From Candidatus Kuenenia stuttgartensis (GTDB lineage: Bacteria > Planctomycetota > Planctomycetia > Planctomycetales > Planctomycetaceae), in assembly GCA_945861865.1 (NCBI GenBank), contig CAMAWN010000007.1:2047-66046 (forward strand): a DNA stretch of 64,000 nucleotides, given 5' to 3'. The notes below the pieces were generated by a model. That model saw nothing but the letters and a program-made list of their open reading frames with translations. It ran no database searches and was not told the DNA's origin. The translations under genes were made by a program, and so were the position numbers. This document shows positions 47,863 through 59,532 of the stretch, one piece after another. Position 1 is the stretch's first letter. Each line of letters begins with the position of its first letter.

Positions 47863-48774
47863 ATGTCCGCGCCCGATCCGTCCCAATTTGGAAAGCTGCC
47901 CGACTTGCCGTCTGTCGGAATCGCGTTCGCACGTCTGTGCGAAGTCATTGCGAAGCTCCGCTCACCAACGGGCTGTCCGTGGGATCGGCAGCAGACGCTC
48001 GAAACCATCAAGCCGTTCACGCTCGAAGAAACTTACGAACTGCTCGAAGCGATCGACTCGAAGGATGACACCGCAATCGTCGAAGAACTCGGCGACGTGC
48101 TATTGCAGGTCGTGCTGGATGCTCAGATCGGCCGCGATGAACAGCGGTTCGGCATTGAGCAAGTTCTCGACGTCATCACCCGCAAAATGATCGAACGGCA
48201 CCCGCACGTCTTCGACACGGCCAAGGCTCACACGGCCGAAGAGGTGCTGACCAACTGGGATCGCGCGAAGCAATGTGAGAAGCAGCGGGATTCGATCTTC
48301 GACGGACTGCCGGCCTCACTGCCGGCGCTCGCACGGTGCGCACGCATCGCTGAGAAGGCCGCGCGGGTCGGATACGACTTTCCGCACCGAGCGATGCTCT
48401 TCGACAAGCTTCGCGAGGAAATTGACGAACTCGCCACAGAACTGTTCTCCGATGGTCAAATCCCGCAGATCGCTGCGTCCGTGGACATGGCTCCTGTCCC
48501 GGATGAACCGATTGCCGACGCGGCTCGACGTTCCCGTGTCGAAGAGGAATTTGGAGACGTATTGCTCGTCGTCGCCAATCTGGCTCGGCGCTGGAAGATC
48601 AATCCGGAAGAAGCGCTCCGCAAGAGCAACGCCAAGTTTGAGCGGCGCGTTCGGTTCATCGAAGTGGCATTGAAGAGCCAAGGTCGCAGTATCCGCGATG
48701 CGACTCTGATCGAGATGGAAGAGCTCTATCAAACAGGGAAGCGACAAGAGTCAAAGTCCGATTCCCGGCCCTGA
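47863..48774 (+). CDS. mazG: Nucleoside triphosphate pyrophosphohydrolase, tandem MazG domains
   Basis: I use the ATG at 47863 (MSAPDPSQF...), 303 aa. Motifs include [18 protein letters not shown]...[11 protein letters not shown] in domain 1, and [15 protein letters not shown]...NAKFERR in domain 2. Confidence 0.9.
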   Translation: MSAPDPSQFGKLPDLPSVGIAFARLCEVIAKLRSPTGCPWDRQQTLETIKPFTLEETYELLEAIDSKDDTAIVEELGDVLLQVVLDAQIGRDEQRFGIEQVLDVITRKMIERHPHVFDTAKAHTAEEVLTNWDRAKQCEKQRDSIFDGLPASLPALARCARIAEKAARVGYDFPHRAMLFDKLREEIDELATELFSDGQIPQIAASVDMAPVPDEPIADAARRSRVEEEFGDVLLVVANLARRWKINPEEALRKSNAKFERRVRFIEVALKSQGRSIRDATLIEMEELYQTGKRQESKSDSRP

Positions 48775-48893
48775 GAAATCGCCGATCCGCAGCCTAAGAA
48801 TTCCTTGCAAACGTGTTATCCAGACGCTTGCTGGACTCCAAAGCCACCACTACCCTCCCCCCCTTTCCGTCGGTCCCTGGAGGCGGTGCTTCC

Positions 48894-49178
48894 ATGCCAC
48901 GCCAGGATTCCGAGCCTTCGATGGCTGTTGCTTCGCGATGGGTCTCCGAGATCATCAACATCGCTCTGCAATTTTGTCTACCAGTTGGCGCGGGATTTTG
49001 GTTGGACAACCATTGGGGAACTTCGCCGTGGTTGGTGGTGCTGGGGGCGTGCCTCGGTTTGTTCGTCGCCGGGACCAGCTTCTCGCAGTTGATCAAGCGG
49101 CTCACCCCGCCTCCCAAGTCTCCCCCTTCAAGTTCGCCAGACAAGACAACCGATAACTCTGATCCTTCCCAACAATGA
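48894..49178 (+). CDS. AtpZ/AtpR-like small membrane protein ('ATPase_gene1' family)
   Basis: I use the ATG at 48894 (GGAGG upstream). VGAGFWLDNHWGTSPWLVVLGACLGLFVAG matches the family hallmark (G.wlD...gt.Pw..l.g.llG). It sits directly upstream of the atp operon. Confidence 0.6.
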   Translation: MPRQDSEPSMAVASRWVSEIINIALQFCLPVGAGFWLDNHWGTSPWLVVLGACLGLFVAGTSFSQLIKRLTPPPKSPPSSSPDKTTDNSDPSQQ

Positions 49179-49600
49179 CTTCGACTTCCACGACTCAATC
49201 ACCGATGCGGCGCTGCGGTGTGTTCACCGCTTGTGCGGCTGCGCTGTGGGTGGTGCTCGCGGGGCCGGCGTACTGGCTGGCAGGGAGTTTGGGGCTGGAA
49301 GGGCTGACGTATTCCGCGTTGCTGTGCTGGCTGCCGGGCTGCTTGCTGTTCTTTGCGATTCCATTCTTTGAGTTCGCGAAGAACAAAGCTTTTGCGTTCC
49401 TCGCAGGTTCCGGCCTGCGGATGTTCGTCGTGCTGGTCGCGACGCTGCTGCTGCATGAAGTTCGAGCCGACTTGGGGCTGAAAGAGTTCCTGAGTTGGCT
49501 CGTTGTGTTTTATTCGGTGACGTTGCTGGTTGAGACGCTGCTCATTGTGAAGTCGCCTGAGGCGAACATCTTGAGTGTCCCTTCTCCGCCCGTCACGTAG
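49175..49600 (+). CDS. atpI: ATP synthase protein I-like membrane protein
   Basis: 141 aa with four predicted hydrophobic helices. The ATG overlaps the previous stop (ATGA). The call rests mainly on its position between atpZ-like and atpB. Confidence 0.55.
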   Translation: MTSTSTTQSPMRRCGVFTACAAALWVVLAGPAYWLAGSLGLEGLTYSALLCWLPGCLLFFAIPFFEFAKNKAFAFLAGSGLRMFVVLVATLLLHEVRADLGLKEFLSWLVVFYSVTLLVETLLIVKSPEANILSVPSPPVT

Positions 49601-49649
49601 CGAATCGAGTTCCCTGTCAGCCTTGTTTCTGAGTTTGGAGTTTGCCCAG

Positions 49650-50519
49650 ATGTCTGGGGATACCTTCCATCACGTCCGTGACTACGAGTACTTCGAGGTT
49701 CCGCAATTCCTCGGAGGCGAATGGCCATTGCCGCAGATCGGCCCGTTGCACCTGACTAAATTCATGGTTCTGCAACTGGTTGCCGCGCTGGTCGTGTTTT
49801 GGATCGGAACCGGCTTGGCCAAGCGCGTTTCTGGTGGCCAGCCAGTGAGCGGTCGCTGGTGGAACTTCTGGGAAATGCTCGCCGTTTACCTGCGCGATCA
49901 TGTCGTCCGTCCGACGATCGGCAAGGGGCATCACGGTCACGACGATCATGGCCATCACGGTCGCTCGCACGCGGAAGTTGAGCTCGCTCATCCGGCCGAC
50001 AAATATCTGCCGTTCATTTGGAGTTGTTTCTTCTATGTGCTGATCTGCAATTTGCTGGGTGCGATTCCGTGGCTCGGTTCTGCGACGGGCGAGATCAATG
50101 TCACCGGCGCACTGGCTGTCACGGCTTTCGGGGCCACTGTCTTCTACGGCTCAAAGGAGCTGAGTTTTGTTGGATTCTGGAAGGCGCTCTGTCCAAGCAT
50201 GGATGTGCCGGGAGCCTTGAAGCCGCTGTTGATTCCGATGATTTGGTGCATCGAGTTGCTCGGGCTGTTCATCAAGCATGGCGTGTTGGCTGTTCGTTTG
50301 TTCGCAAACATCATGGCGGGCCACACGGTCATCGCAGTGTTCCTAGGGTTCATTGCGACGTTTGCGGTCACTAATCCACTGTTTTATGTGGTGACTCCCG
50401 CGAGCATCGCGGCCCAGATTGGCGTCGGGATGCTGGAGTTATTCGTGGCGTTTTTGCAGGCGTACATCTTCGCTTTCTTAGCGACGTTGTTTATCGGGAC
50501 GGCGGTGCATCCGCATTAG
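49650..50519 (+). CDS. atpB: F0F1 ATP synthase subunit a
   Basis: I use the ATG at 49650 (GGAG upstream). The conserved stator arginine sits in the context GVLAVRLFANIMAGH. The protein is multi-TM. Confidence 0.9.
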   Translation: MSGDTFHHVRDYEYFEVPQFLGGEWPLPQIGPLHLTKFMVLQLVAALVVFWIGTGLAKRVSGGQPVSGRWWNFWEMLAVYLRDHVVRPTIGKGHHGHDDHGHHGRSHAEVELAHPADKYLPFIWSCFFYVLICNLLGAIPWLGSATGEINVTGALAVTAFGATVFYGSKELSFVGFWKALCPSMDVPGALKPLLIPMIWCIELLGLFIKHGVLAVRLFANIMAGHTVIAVFLGFIATFAVTNPLFYVVTPASIAAQIGVGMLELFVAFLQAYIFAFLATLFIGTAVHPH

Positions 50520-50933
<414 letters not shown>

Positions 50934-50944
50934 TTCGCAAAAGT

Positions 50945-50996
50945 AGGACGGGCACTCTTGCCCGTCTCGTACAGGCGACGGGCAAGCGTGTCCGTC
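50945..50996. repeat. Two GC-rich hairpin units (GACGGGCA-N4-TGCCCGTC family) in the atpE-atpF spacer
   Basis: The first unit, ggacgggca-ctct-tgcccgtc, forms a perfect 8-bp stem. The second, gacgggcaagcgtgtccgtc, is degenerate. The units are related to the arms of the palindrome at 44775..44828. They may act as an intra-operon attenuator or mRNA-stability element. Confidence 0.55.
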
Positions 50997-51023
50997 CCAC
51001 TCTCTTCGTCCTGAGGTGCTTCG

Positions 51024-51638
51024 ATGCACAAGTTGATTGGTCTGTCGCTGTTGATGGTCGGTCTGTTCGTCGGACAGTCTGATTTCGTGTCACCGGCCTT
51101 CGCGTCGGATGCCCTTCATGCGGAAGCGGCCCCTCATGCTCCGCGGCCGGTGATTGAATGGCATCGAGATTTGGCTGTTTGGTCGCTGGTCACGTTCGTG
51201 GTCTACATCCTTATTCTGAAGAAGGCTGCCTGGGGGCCGCTGATTCAGGGGTTGGATACTCGCGAAAGCCGCATGAAGCAGCAGATCGCGGACGCGGATG
51301 CGGCAAGAGTCAAGGCGGAGCAGATGCTCGCAGAGCACGCGAGGAAGTTGGACAAGGTGCAGGACGAGGTCAAGGAAATCTTGGCCGAAGCTCGCCGAGA
51401 CGCGGACCACGCCAAGACCGAAATCGTCGCGGCGGCGAACAAAGAAGCCGAAGCGACTCGCAAGCGAGCGGTCGAGGACATCGAGCATGCTCGCGATTTG
51501 GCGATGAAGGAGTTGTTCGATTTCGTGTCGTCCAACGTGATCGGTGCCACCGAACACGTCCTCGGCCGAGCGTTGTCGGGCGACGACCAAAATCGACTCG
51601 TGCAGGAAGCGCTGAATCAAATGGGATCGAAGACGTAG
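51024..51638 (+). CDS. atpF: F0F1 ATP synthase subunit b, with a signal-peptide-like N-terminal extension
   Basis: 204 aa, GAGGTG upstream. The usual b-subunit TM helix and coiled-coil are present (LAVWSLVTFVVYILILKKAAWGPL...RESRMKQQIADADAARVKAEQMLAEH...). About 45 extra residues precede them, starting MHKLIGLSLLMVGLFVGQSDFVSPAFA. Confidence 0.85.
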   Translation: MHKLIGLSLLMVGLFVGQSDFVSPAFASDALHAEAAPHAPRPVIEWHRDLAVWSLVTFVVYILILKKAAWGPLIQGLDTRESRMKQQIADADAARVKAEQMLAEHARKLDKVQDEVKEILAEARRDADHAKTEIVAAANKEAEATRKRAVEDIEHARDLAMKELFDFVSSNVIGATEHVLGRALSGDDQNRLVQEALNQMGSKT

Positions 51639-51741
51639 CCGCGTGCTTCGTCGGCGGGTGAGTCTCTTGCCGGTTCCCTGTGGTGCAAGACTTCTACCAC
51701 AGCGATGAGACGCAGCGGCTGGCGAGAGCAATGAGGGTGTC

Positions 51742-52386
51742 ATGGCCGAAACGAAAGTGGAAACTCGAATCCGAAGCGTGATGGAAGACCCGAGTGCGGT
51801 GCAGATCGCGCGGGTTTATGCCAAATCGTTTCTCGAAGCGGCGAAGAACACGGTCGGCGTTGAGGCGGCTCTGGAAGAAGGGCAGTCGTTCGTCGATGAC
51901 GTGTTGGCGAAGAATGCGGACTTCGAGCGGTTGTTGGTTTCGCCGACGATCAATCGAGACGACAAGCTCAAGCTGATTGAGCGAGTTGTTTCGGGGCGTG
52001 GTTCGGAGTTCTTCACGAGTTTCTTGAAAGTGTTGGCTCGGCACGATCGGCTCGATCTGCTGCCGAACATTTTGCAGGCGGCGCGAATTCAGAGTGAGCG
52101 GTCGAGTGGTCGCAAGCGAGTCTCGGTCAAGACGGCGAAACCGCTGTCGGAGGAGTCTCGGAAGGCGATTGGCGACCGGCTGCGATCAGCGTTTGCTTTT
52201 GAACCGATTCTTGAAGCGGAGACCGACCCGTCGCTGATCGGCGGCATGGTCATCCGCGTGGACGATACCGTTTACGACAGTTCGCTGCGGACTCGGCTGA
52301 AACAGCTCAGAGCCCGCTTGCGCGAGAGGAGCCTCCATGAAATTCAAACCGGACGAAATCGCTTCAGTCATCCAGAAGGAGATTGA
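51742..52386 (+). CDS. atpH: F0F1 ATP synthase subunit delta (OSCP)
   Basis: 214 aa, GAGGGTG upstream. The N-terminus is OSCP-like ([12 protein letters not shown]). Its position between atpF and atpA supports the call. The 3' end overlaps atpA by 50 nt. Confidence 0.85.
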   Translation: MAETKVETRIRSVMEDPSAVQIARVYAKSFLEAAKNTVGVEAALEEGQSFVDDVLAKNADFERLLVSPTINRDDKLKLIERVVSGRGSEFFTSFLKVLARHDRLDLLPNILQAARIQSERSSGRKRVSVKTAKPLSEESRKAIGDRLRSAFAFEPILEAETDPSLIGGMVIRVDDTVYDSSLRTRLKQLRARLRERSLHEIQTGRNRFSHPEGD

Positions 52387-53854
52387 GGACTTTCGCGGCC
52401 AGATTGAAACAGCCGAAGTCGGTCGCGTGCTCGAAGTGGGCGACGGCATCGCTCGGTGCTACGGCCTGTCGTCGGCCATGTCCGGCGAGATGGTCGAGTT
52501 CCCCGGCGGCGTTCGCGGGCAAGTCTTCAATCTGGAAGAGAACTCCGTCGGCATCATCATCCTCGGCGACGCGCTGAAGATCAAAGAAGGGGACGAAGTC
52601 CGCACGACCGGTGCGTTGCTGTCGGTTCCTGTCGGCGATGCGCTCATTGGCCGAGTGGTCGATCCGCTGGGCAACCCGCTCGACGGCAAAGGCCCGATCC
52701 TCGCAACTGCTACGCGACCGCTGGAATACGCGGCTCCGGGCATCGCCGGACGTCAGCCGGTCAAGCAGCCGTTGCAGACCGGCATCAAGGCCATCGACTC
52801 GATGACGCCGATCGGACGCGGTCAGCGTGAACTCATCATCGGCGACCGCAAGACCGGCAAGACTGCCGTCGCGATCGACACGATCATCAATCAAAAGGGC
52901 AGCGGCGTCATCTGCGTGTACGTCGCGTGCGGTCAGCGAGCCTCCAATGTTGCGGCCGTTTACGAGAAGCTCAAAGAGCACGGCGCGATGGACTACACGA
53001 TCATCGTGTCGGCCACGGCGTCCGATCCCGCTCCGTTGCAGTACATCGCTCCGTATGCCGGCTGCGCGATGGCCGAGCACTTCACCTACAACGGCGGGCA
53101 CACGCTGGTCGTGTACGACGACCTGACGCGGCAAGCTCAGGCGTATCGCCAGTTGTCGCTGCTGGTGCGACGTCCGCCCGGCCGCGAGGCGTATCCCGGC
53201 GACGTGTTTTACTGCCACAGCCGCTTGCTCGAACGATCGGCCAAGCTGAGCAACGAACTCGGTGGCGGTTCGCTGACGGCGTTGCCGATTATCGAAACGC
53301 TGGACGGCGAAGTCTCGGCGTACATCCCGACCAACGTGATCTCGATCACCGACGGTCAGATTTACCTGGAGCCCTCGCTGTTCCTGGCCGGTATTCGTCC
53401 CGCCATCAACGTCGGTATCTCGGTCAGCCGAGTGGGCGGCAACGCTCAGACGAAGGCGATGAAGAAGATCGCCGGCTCGCTGCGATTGGACCTCGCCGCG
53501 TTCCGCGAACTGGAAGCATTCGCCTCGCTCGGCACTGAATTGGACAAGGCCACGCAACGGCAGCTCGACCGAGGCTACGTCATGGTCGAACTGCTCAAGC
53601 AATCGCAGTTCGGTCCGCTGCACTTCGCCGACCAGGTCATCAGCATCTATGCCGGCGCGAAAGGCTATTTCGACGACGTGCCGCGAGCCAAAGTCTCCGG
53701 TGCCGAAAAAGAATTGCTCACGTTCATGCGCGAGCAAAAGTCCGAAGTCCGCAACAAGCTCATTGAAACCGGCGAGCTGTCCACGGACGTCGAGAACGCC
53801 CTGAAGGCGGCGCTGGAAGAATTCAAGAAGCAGTACGCGGCAGGGAAGAAGTAA
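52337..53854 (+). CDS. atpA: F0F1 ATP synthase subunit alpha
   Basis: 505 aa. The N-terminus [19 protein letters not shown] is typical. The Walker A motif is GDRKTGKT. Confidence 0.97.
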   Translation: MKFKPDEIASVIQKEIEDFRGQIETAEVGRVLEVGDGIARCYGLSSAMSGEMVEFPGGVRGQVFNLEENSVGIIILGDALKIKEGDEVRTTGALLSVPVGDALIGRVVDPLGNPLDGKGPILATATRPLEYAAPGIAGRQPVKQPLQTGIKAIDSMTPIGRGQRELIIGDRKTGKTAVAIDTIINQKGSGVICVYVACGQRASNVAAVYEKLKEHGAMDYTIIVSATASDPAPLQYIAPYAGCAMAEHFTYNGGHTLVVYDDLTRQAQAYRQLSLLVRRPPGREAYPGDVFYCHSRLLERSAKLSNELGGGSLTALPIIETLDGEVSAYIPTNVISITDGQIYLEPSLFLAGIRPAINVGISVSRVGGNAQTKAMKKIAGSLRLDLAAFRELEAFASLGTELDKATQRQLDRGYVMVELLKQSQFGPLHFADQVISIYAGAKGYFDDVPRAKVSGAEKELLTFMREQKSEVRNKLIETGELSTDVENALKAALEEFKKQYAAGKK

Positions 53855-53954
53855 ATCGAGTGGCCTTTTCTGTGCTCTCGGCGTCTCTGTGGCGAATGTT
53901 TTACCACAATGACACCGAGGGCACCGAGAAGCACAGTGGGACCGCAGGTGAGTC

Positions 53955-54833
53955 ATGGCCAAAGCACGCGCGATTGTGAAACGGCTTAAAGCCGTCAAGA
54001 ACATTCGCAAGATCACCAAGACGATGGAACTGATCGCGACGGCACGCTTCAAAAAGGCGATGGACCGAGCGACCGAGGCCGCCGCATACACCAAGAAAAT
54101 CTCCGAGATCGTCGCCGACCTCTCGGCCACGAACCTGACCTTCACGCATCCGCTGCTGAAGGCTCACGAAACGCAGACCAACGGCATCCTCTTGATCCTG
54201 ACCTCCAATCGCGGCTTGTGCGGCGGCTACAACGGAGCCGTGTTGCGGCCGGCGTTGGCTCGGCAGAAGGAATTGAAGAGCAGCCTGAACCTCAGCGTCG
54301 AATGCTCCGGCCGCCGCGGTTTGACGTTCTTGAAGTACCAGCAGATCAACGTCACCGAGCAGTTCACCAACTTTGAAGACAAGCCTGGCTTCGATGAAGT
54401 CGAAGCGATCGCCAACCGCTACATCGAGCTGTATTGCTCCGGCAAGCTCGACCGACTGGACATCGCCTACACGAAGTTCGAGAGCGCGTCTCGGCAACGA
54501 GCTGTCGTCGAAACGCTGCTGCCGATCGGTAGCCTCGGCGCAGCGACTGGCTCGGCCTCCACCGAGAAGAATATCGACTACGAATTCCTGCCGTCCGCCG
54601 GAGAGATTCTCGAAGAGATCGTTCCGGCGGCGTTCAAAGCTCGGCTCTTCAAGTGCTTCCTCGACGCCGCGGTCAGCGAACAGATCGCTCGCCGAGTCGC
54701 CATGAAAGCCGCCACCGAGAACGCTGGCGACATGATCAAATCGCTCTCCATGCAATACAACCGAGCCCGCCAATCGCAGATCACCTCGGAGCTGTCCGAG
54801 ATCATCGGCGGTGCGGCGGCACTAGAGGCATAA
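53955..54833 (+). CDS. atpG: F0F1 ATP synthase subunit gamma
   Basis: 292 aa. The N-terminal helix is IVKRLKAVKNIRKITKTMELIATARFKKA. The C-terminal helix is ITSELSEIIGGAAALEA. Confidence 0.95.
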   Translation: MAKARAIVKRLKAVKNIRKITKTMELIATARFKKAMDRATEAAAYTKKISEIVADLSATNLTFTHPLLKAHETQTNGILLILTSNRGLCGGYNGAVLRPALARQKELKSSLNLSVECSGRRGLTFLKYQQINVTEQFTNFEDKPGFDEVEAIANRYIELYCSGKLDRLDIAYTKFESASRQRAVVETLLPIGSLGAATGSASTEKNIDYEFLPSAGEILEEIVPAAFKARLFKCFLDAAVSEQIARRVAMKAATENAGDMIKSLSMQYNRARQSQITSELSEIIGGAAALEA

Positions 54834-54920
54834 ACAGTCAAGTCAGAGCACTCATCGACACTCACCTGCATTGATCAGACGAACGAAGATGGGTGGGGAT
54901 TGGTGTTCCCAAGAGTTTGA

Positions 54921-56372
<1,452 letters not shown>

Positions 56373-56442
56373 TTGGAAACGCGGCGGGCCTTCGTCGCAC
56401 GGGAAAGCGGTGCTGATACACCGCACTCCAAAGAGATGAAAC

Positions 56443-56841
56443 ATGGTTGACAAACAACTGCAATTGGTGATCGTGACTCCCGAACGAACGGTGTTCGATG
56501 AGCCGGCTTCGGCGTTGCGGTTTCCACTGTTCGACGGCCAAATCGGAATCCTCCCCGGCCGAGCTCCGCTCGTCGGCCGCTTGGGCTACGGAGAGCTCAA
56601 AGTGACGAACGCCTCTGGCAGCGAAAAGTCCTTCTTCATCGACGGCGGCTTCGTCCAAGTGAAGGGTCCGGTCGTCTCGATCCTCACCGCGCGAGCGATC
56701 CCAACCGCCGAGGTCAAACGCTCCGACGCCGAAGAGGCTCTGAAGAAAGCCACCGCATTGCCCGGCACGACTGAGCAACAAGCGGCGACAAAGGCTCGCG
56801 AAATCGAACGCGCACGCCGACTGTTGACGCTGGCTCACTAA
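56443..56841 (+). CDS. atpC: F0F1 ATP synthase subunit epsilon
   Basis: 132 aa. LQLVIVTPERTVFDE...GQIGILPGRAPLVGRLGYGELKV is the typical beta-sandwich N-domain. It is the last gene of the operon and is followed by a terminator. Confidence 0.9.
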   Translation: MVDKQLQLVIVTPERTVFDEPASALRFPLFDGQIGILPGRAPLVGRLGYGELKVTNASGSEKSFFIDGGFVQVKGPVVSILTARAIPTAEVKRSDAEEALKKATALPGTTEQQAATKAREIERARRLLTLAH

Positions 56842-56883
56842 AACCCGTGACCTCGTGCGTCGATCGTGGTGACTGAGAGTCCA

Positions 56884-56919
56884 AGCCGGTGGGCTGTTTG
56901 CCTGCCGGCTTTTCTTGTT
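56884..56919 (+). terminator. Rho-independent terminator of the atp operon
   Basis: agccggtgggc / gcctgccggct forms an 11-bp stem that includes two G-U pairs, with a 5-nt loop. The tail tttcttgtt follows. Confidence 0.7.
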
Positions 56920-57117
56920 GGCACTGCTAATGGACGACTGGTTGATCCAGTGAAAAGCGGTGCGGGTTTCCGCTATTGCGGCATTTCAATTTGGTAGTCG
57001 AACGTCGGGACCATTAAGGTTCACGCTCTGAGGCGGTTGCCGCAGTCGTTGATTCTCGACGGCCATCCTGTCTCGCCATTTCATTTCCTCTGGCAGCTTT
57101 TCAACAAGGAGTCTCCC

Positions 57118-59442
57118 ATGCGGTGGCATTGGCTCTCTCGGTTTAAGGTGTGTTCACGAAGTGCTCGACGATGGAATTTTGGGGTGGAACGGCTGGAGGC
57201 CCGATGCGTGTTGAGCGGCTCGAATTGCAGTGCCGCACTGGTTCATGCAGGGAATGACCTCGACCATGGGATTGACGCCAGCGGGAATGAGTACCACGCA
57301 CTGACGGTCTTGCCCGGAGACGTGGCGGCGGAAACGGCCACGGAGGGAACCATTGAGGCGGCCGCCCCGTTCGATCTGGCACAGACGTTTCTCTTGCACA
57401 GTGCCGCTGGAGCGAATCACACGATCTATCTGGATTTTGATGGGCATGTCACGTCGGGAACGTCTTGGAACAGCAGCTTCACGGGAGGTGCGGCCATCGA
57501 CACTCCGGCCTACGACTTCGATGGGAACACGGCGTCGTTCAGCACTCTGGAGTTGGAGCGGATTCAGTACATCTGGCAGCGCGTGGCGGAAGATTTCATC
57601 CCGTTCAACGTGAATGTGACAACGCAAGATCCGGGCATCGAGGCCTTGCGCAAGTTTGGAACCGGGGATGCGCAATGGGGAGTGCGTGTTGTCATTGGAG
57701 GAGACGGTGCCTGGTACGGATCGGCAGGCGGCGTCGCGTACGTCGGCTCGTTCAACTGGAACAGCGATACGCCGACGTTTGTGTTCGAGGCCAATCTCGG
57801 CAACGGTCACGAGAAATACACGGCCGAGGCGATCAGTCACGAGGCGGGGCACACGCTGGGGTTGAGCCATGACGGCACGGCCACGCTCGGCTACTACGAA
57901 GGGCATGGGGCTGGTGAAACCGGCTGGGCTCCGATCATGGGAGTCGGGTACTACAAGAACCTCGTGCAATGGAGCAAAGGGCAATACGCCGGTGCGAACC
58001 AGACGCAGGACGACTTGGCGATCATCACGTCGAACAACGGCTTCGGTTATCGAGCCGACGACGTGGGCAGCGCGATTGCGACCGCCAGTCTTGTTGCGGT
58101 TTCGGGGACGTCGATCAGTGGCAGCGGCAGCATCGAACGCAATACCGACCTGGATGTGTACAGTTTCCTGACCGGAAGCGGAGCGATCAGCCTCAGCCTG
58201 ACACCGTTCACACGCGGGCCGAATCTCGATATTGAGGCGTCGCTGTTTGATGCGGCGGGTACTCTCGTCGCGACGGCGAATCCTGCGGATCTGCTGGCGG
58301 CCAGCTTGTCGACAACGGTTTCGGCGGGGCAGTATTTCCTGCAGGTCAACGGCGTTGGCAAAGGGGATCCGCTGCTGACCGGCTACAGCGACTACGGCAG
58401 CTTGGGGCGGTACTCCTTCACCGGGACCATCGTCGATCCCGGAACGCTCCCGACTGTGTCGATCCAAGACGCCACCGGCAGTGAAGGTGGATCGGCATTG
58501 TCCTTTCGAGTCGTGCTTTCGGCAGCGGCGACGGAAACGACGACGGTGGGCTTCACCACGGCGAACGGGTCGGCGTTGTCCGGCAGCGACTATGTGGCGA
58601 CCAGCGGCACGCTCACGTTTCTCGCGGGGCAACAGGAGCAATTCATCACCGTCAATTTGCTCGATGATGGCGTGAGCGAACCGACCGAAACATTCGTCGT
58701 CAATCTGGGCAGTCCGTCCGGCAACGTGCTGATTTCGGACGGACAGGGCCAGGGGACGATCACCGACAACGACGTCACGTTGTCGATCAACGACGTCAGC
58801 CTGAACGAGGGGAACACGTCGAAGAAGACTGGTGCTCCGGTGCTGACGACGATGACCTTCACGATTTCGCTGTCCGGTACGTCGAGCGATCCGGTGACCG
58901 TGAACTACGCGACGGCAGATGGGGCCGCGACCGTCGCGAACAACGATTATCAGGCGAAGTCTGGTTCGGTCACGTTCGCCGCAGGTCAGCTCACCAAGAT
59001 GGTGACCGTCACCATTGTCGGGGACAAGACCGTCGAATCGGACGAAGCCTTTTTCGTGCAGCTCAGCGGGGCCACTGGAGCCTCGATTTCCGATGGGCAA
59101 GGAACGGGGACCATTCGGAACGACGACAGCACCGGCGGTGGACCTCGGCGCGGGGCCTCGATCCATTCGTCCAATTCGTCGCCGGCAATCATTCCGACAC
59201 AGCGTGTGACTGTCGGCCAGGAACGAGGGAGTTCGGCGGCGCACCTGATCTCAGGAACGGCGGCCACTCAGTCGTCAGCAGCTTCGCCCGCGGAACGAGT
59301 GCAGGCGTCGCCGGCTGCGAGCAACGATCAAGACTCATCCGACGGGGAGTCCGATTCCGTAACAGCCAAGTCACAGACGACAACACTGGTTGCCGTCGAT
59401 GATCTGTTCGCTCAAATCGCTCCGCTGTTCGACGCTCTCTGA
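57118..59442 (+). CDS. Secreted metzincin-type zinc metalloprotease with a PPC-like domain and three Calx-beta repeats
   Basis: I use the ATG at 57118 (AAGGAG at a 6-nt spacing), 774 aa. The N-terminal motif is RRWNFGVERLEARCVLS. The zinc motif is HEAGHTLGLSHDG (HExxHxxGxxH). A pre-peptidase-C-terminal-like segment (DLDVYSF...) follows. Three repeats of about 100 aa are of the Calx-beta type (for example GSDYVATSGTLTFLAGQQEQFITVNLLDDGVSEPTETFVVNL). Confidence 0.8.
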   Translation: MRWHWLSRFKVCSRSARRWNFGVERLEARCVLSGSNCSAALVHAGNDLDHGIDASGNEYHALTVLPGDVAAETATEGTIEAAAPFDLAQTFLLHSAAGANHTIYLDFDGHVTSGTSWNSSFTGGAAIDTPAYDFDGNTASFSTLELERIQYIWQRVAEDFIPFNVNVTTQDPGIEALRKFGTGDAQWGVRVVIGGDGAWYGSAGGVAYVGSFNWNSDTPTFVFEANLGNGHEKYTAEAISHEAGHTLGLSHDGTATLGYYEGHGAGETGWAPIMGVGYYKNLVQWSKGQYAGANQTQDDLAIITSNNGFGYRADDVGSAIATASLVAVSGTSISGSGSIERNTDLDVYSFLTGSGAISLSLTPFTRGPNLDIEASLFDAAGTLVATANPADLLAASLSTTVSAGQYFLQVNGVGKGDPLLTGYSDYGSLGRYSFTGTIVDPGTLPTVSIQDATGSEGGSALSFRVVLSAAATETTTVGFTTANGSALSGSDYVATSGTLTFLAGQQEQFITVNLLDDGVSEPTETFVVNLGSPSGNVLISDGQGQGTITDNDVTLSINDVSLNEGNTSKKTGAPVLTTMTFTISLSGTSSDPVTVNYATADGAATVANNDYQAKSGSVTFAAGQLTKMVTVTIVGDKTVESDEAFFVQLSGATGASISDGQGTGTIRNDDSTGGGPRRGASIHSSNSSPAIIPTQRVTVGQERGSSAAHLISGTAATQSSAASPAERVQASPAASNDQDSSDGESDSVTAKSQTTTLVAVDDLFAQIAPLFDAL

Positions 59443-59532
59443 TGGTGACGCGGAGACGTGCTTGTGGACACCACTGAGGCGCGATGGGGCACAGAACGGA
59501 GATCATTCTGCTGGTTCGGCAAGCTCGTGAGA

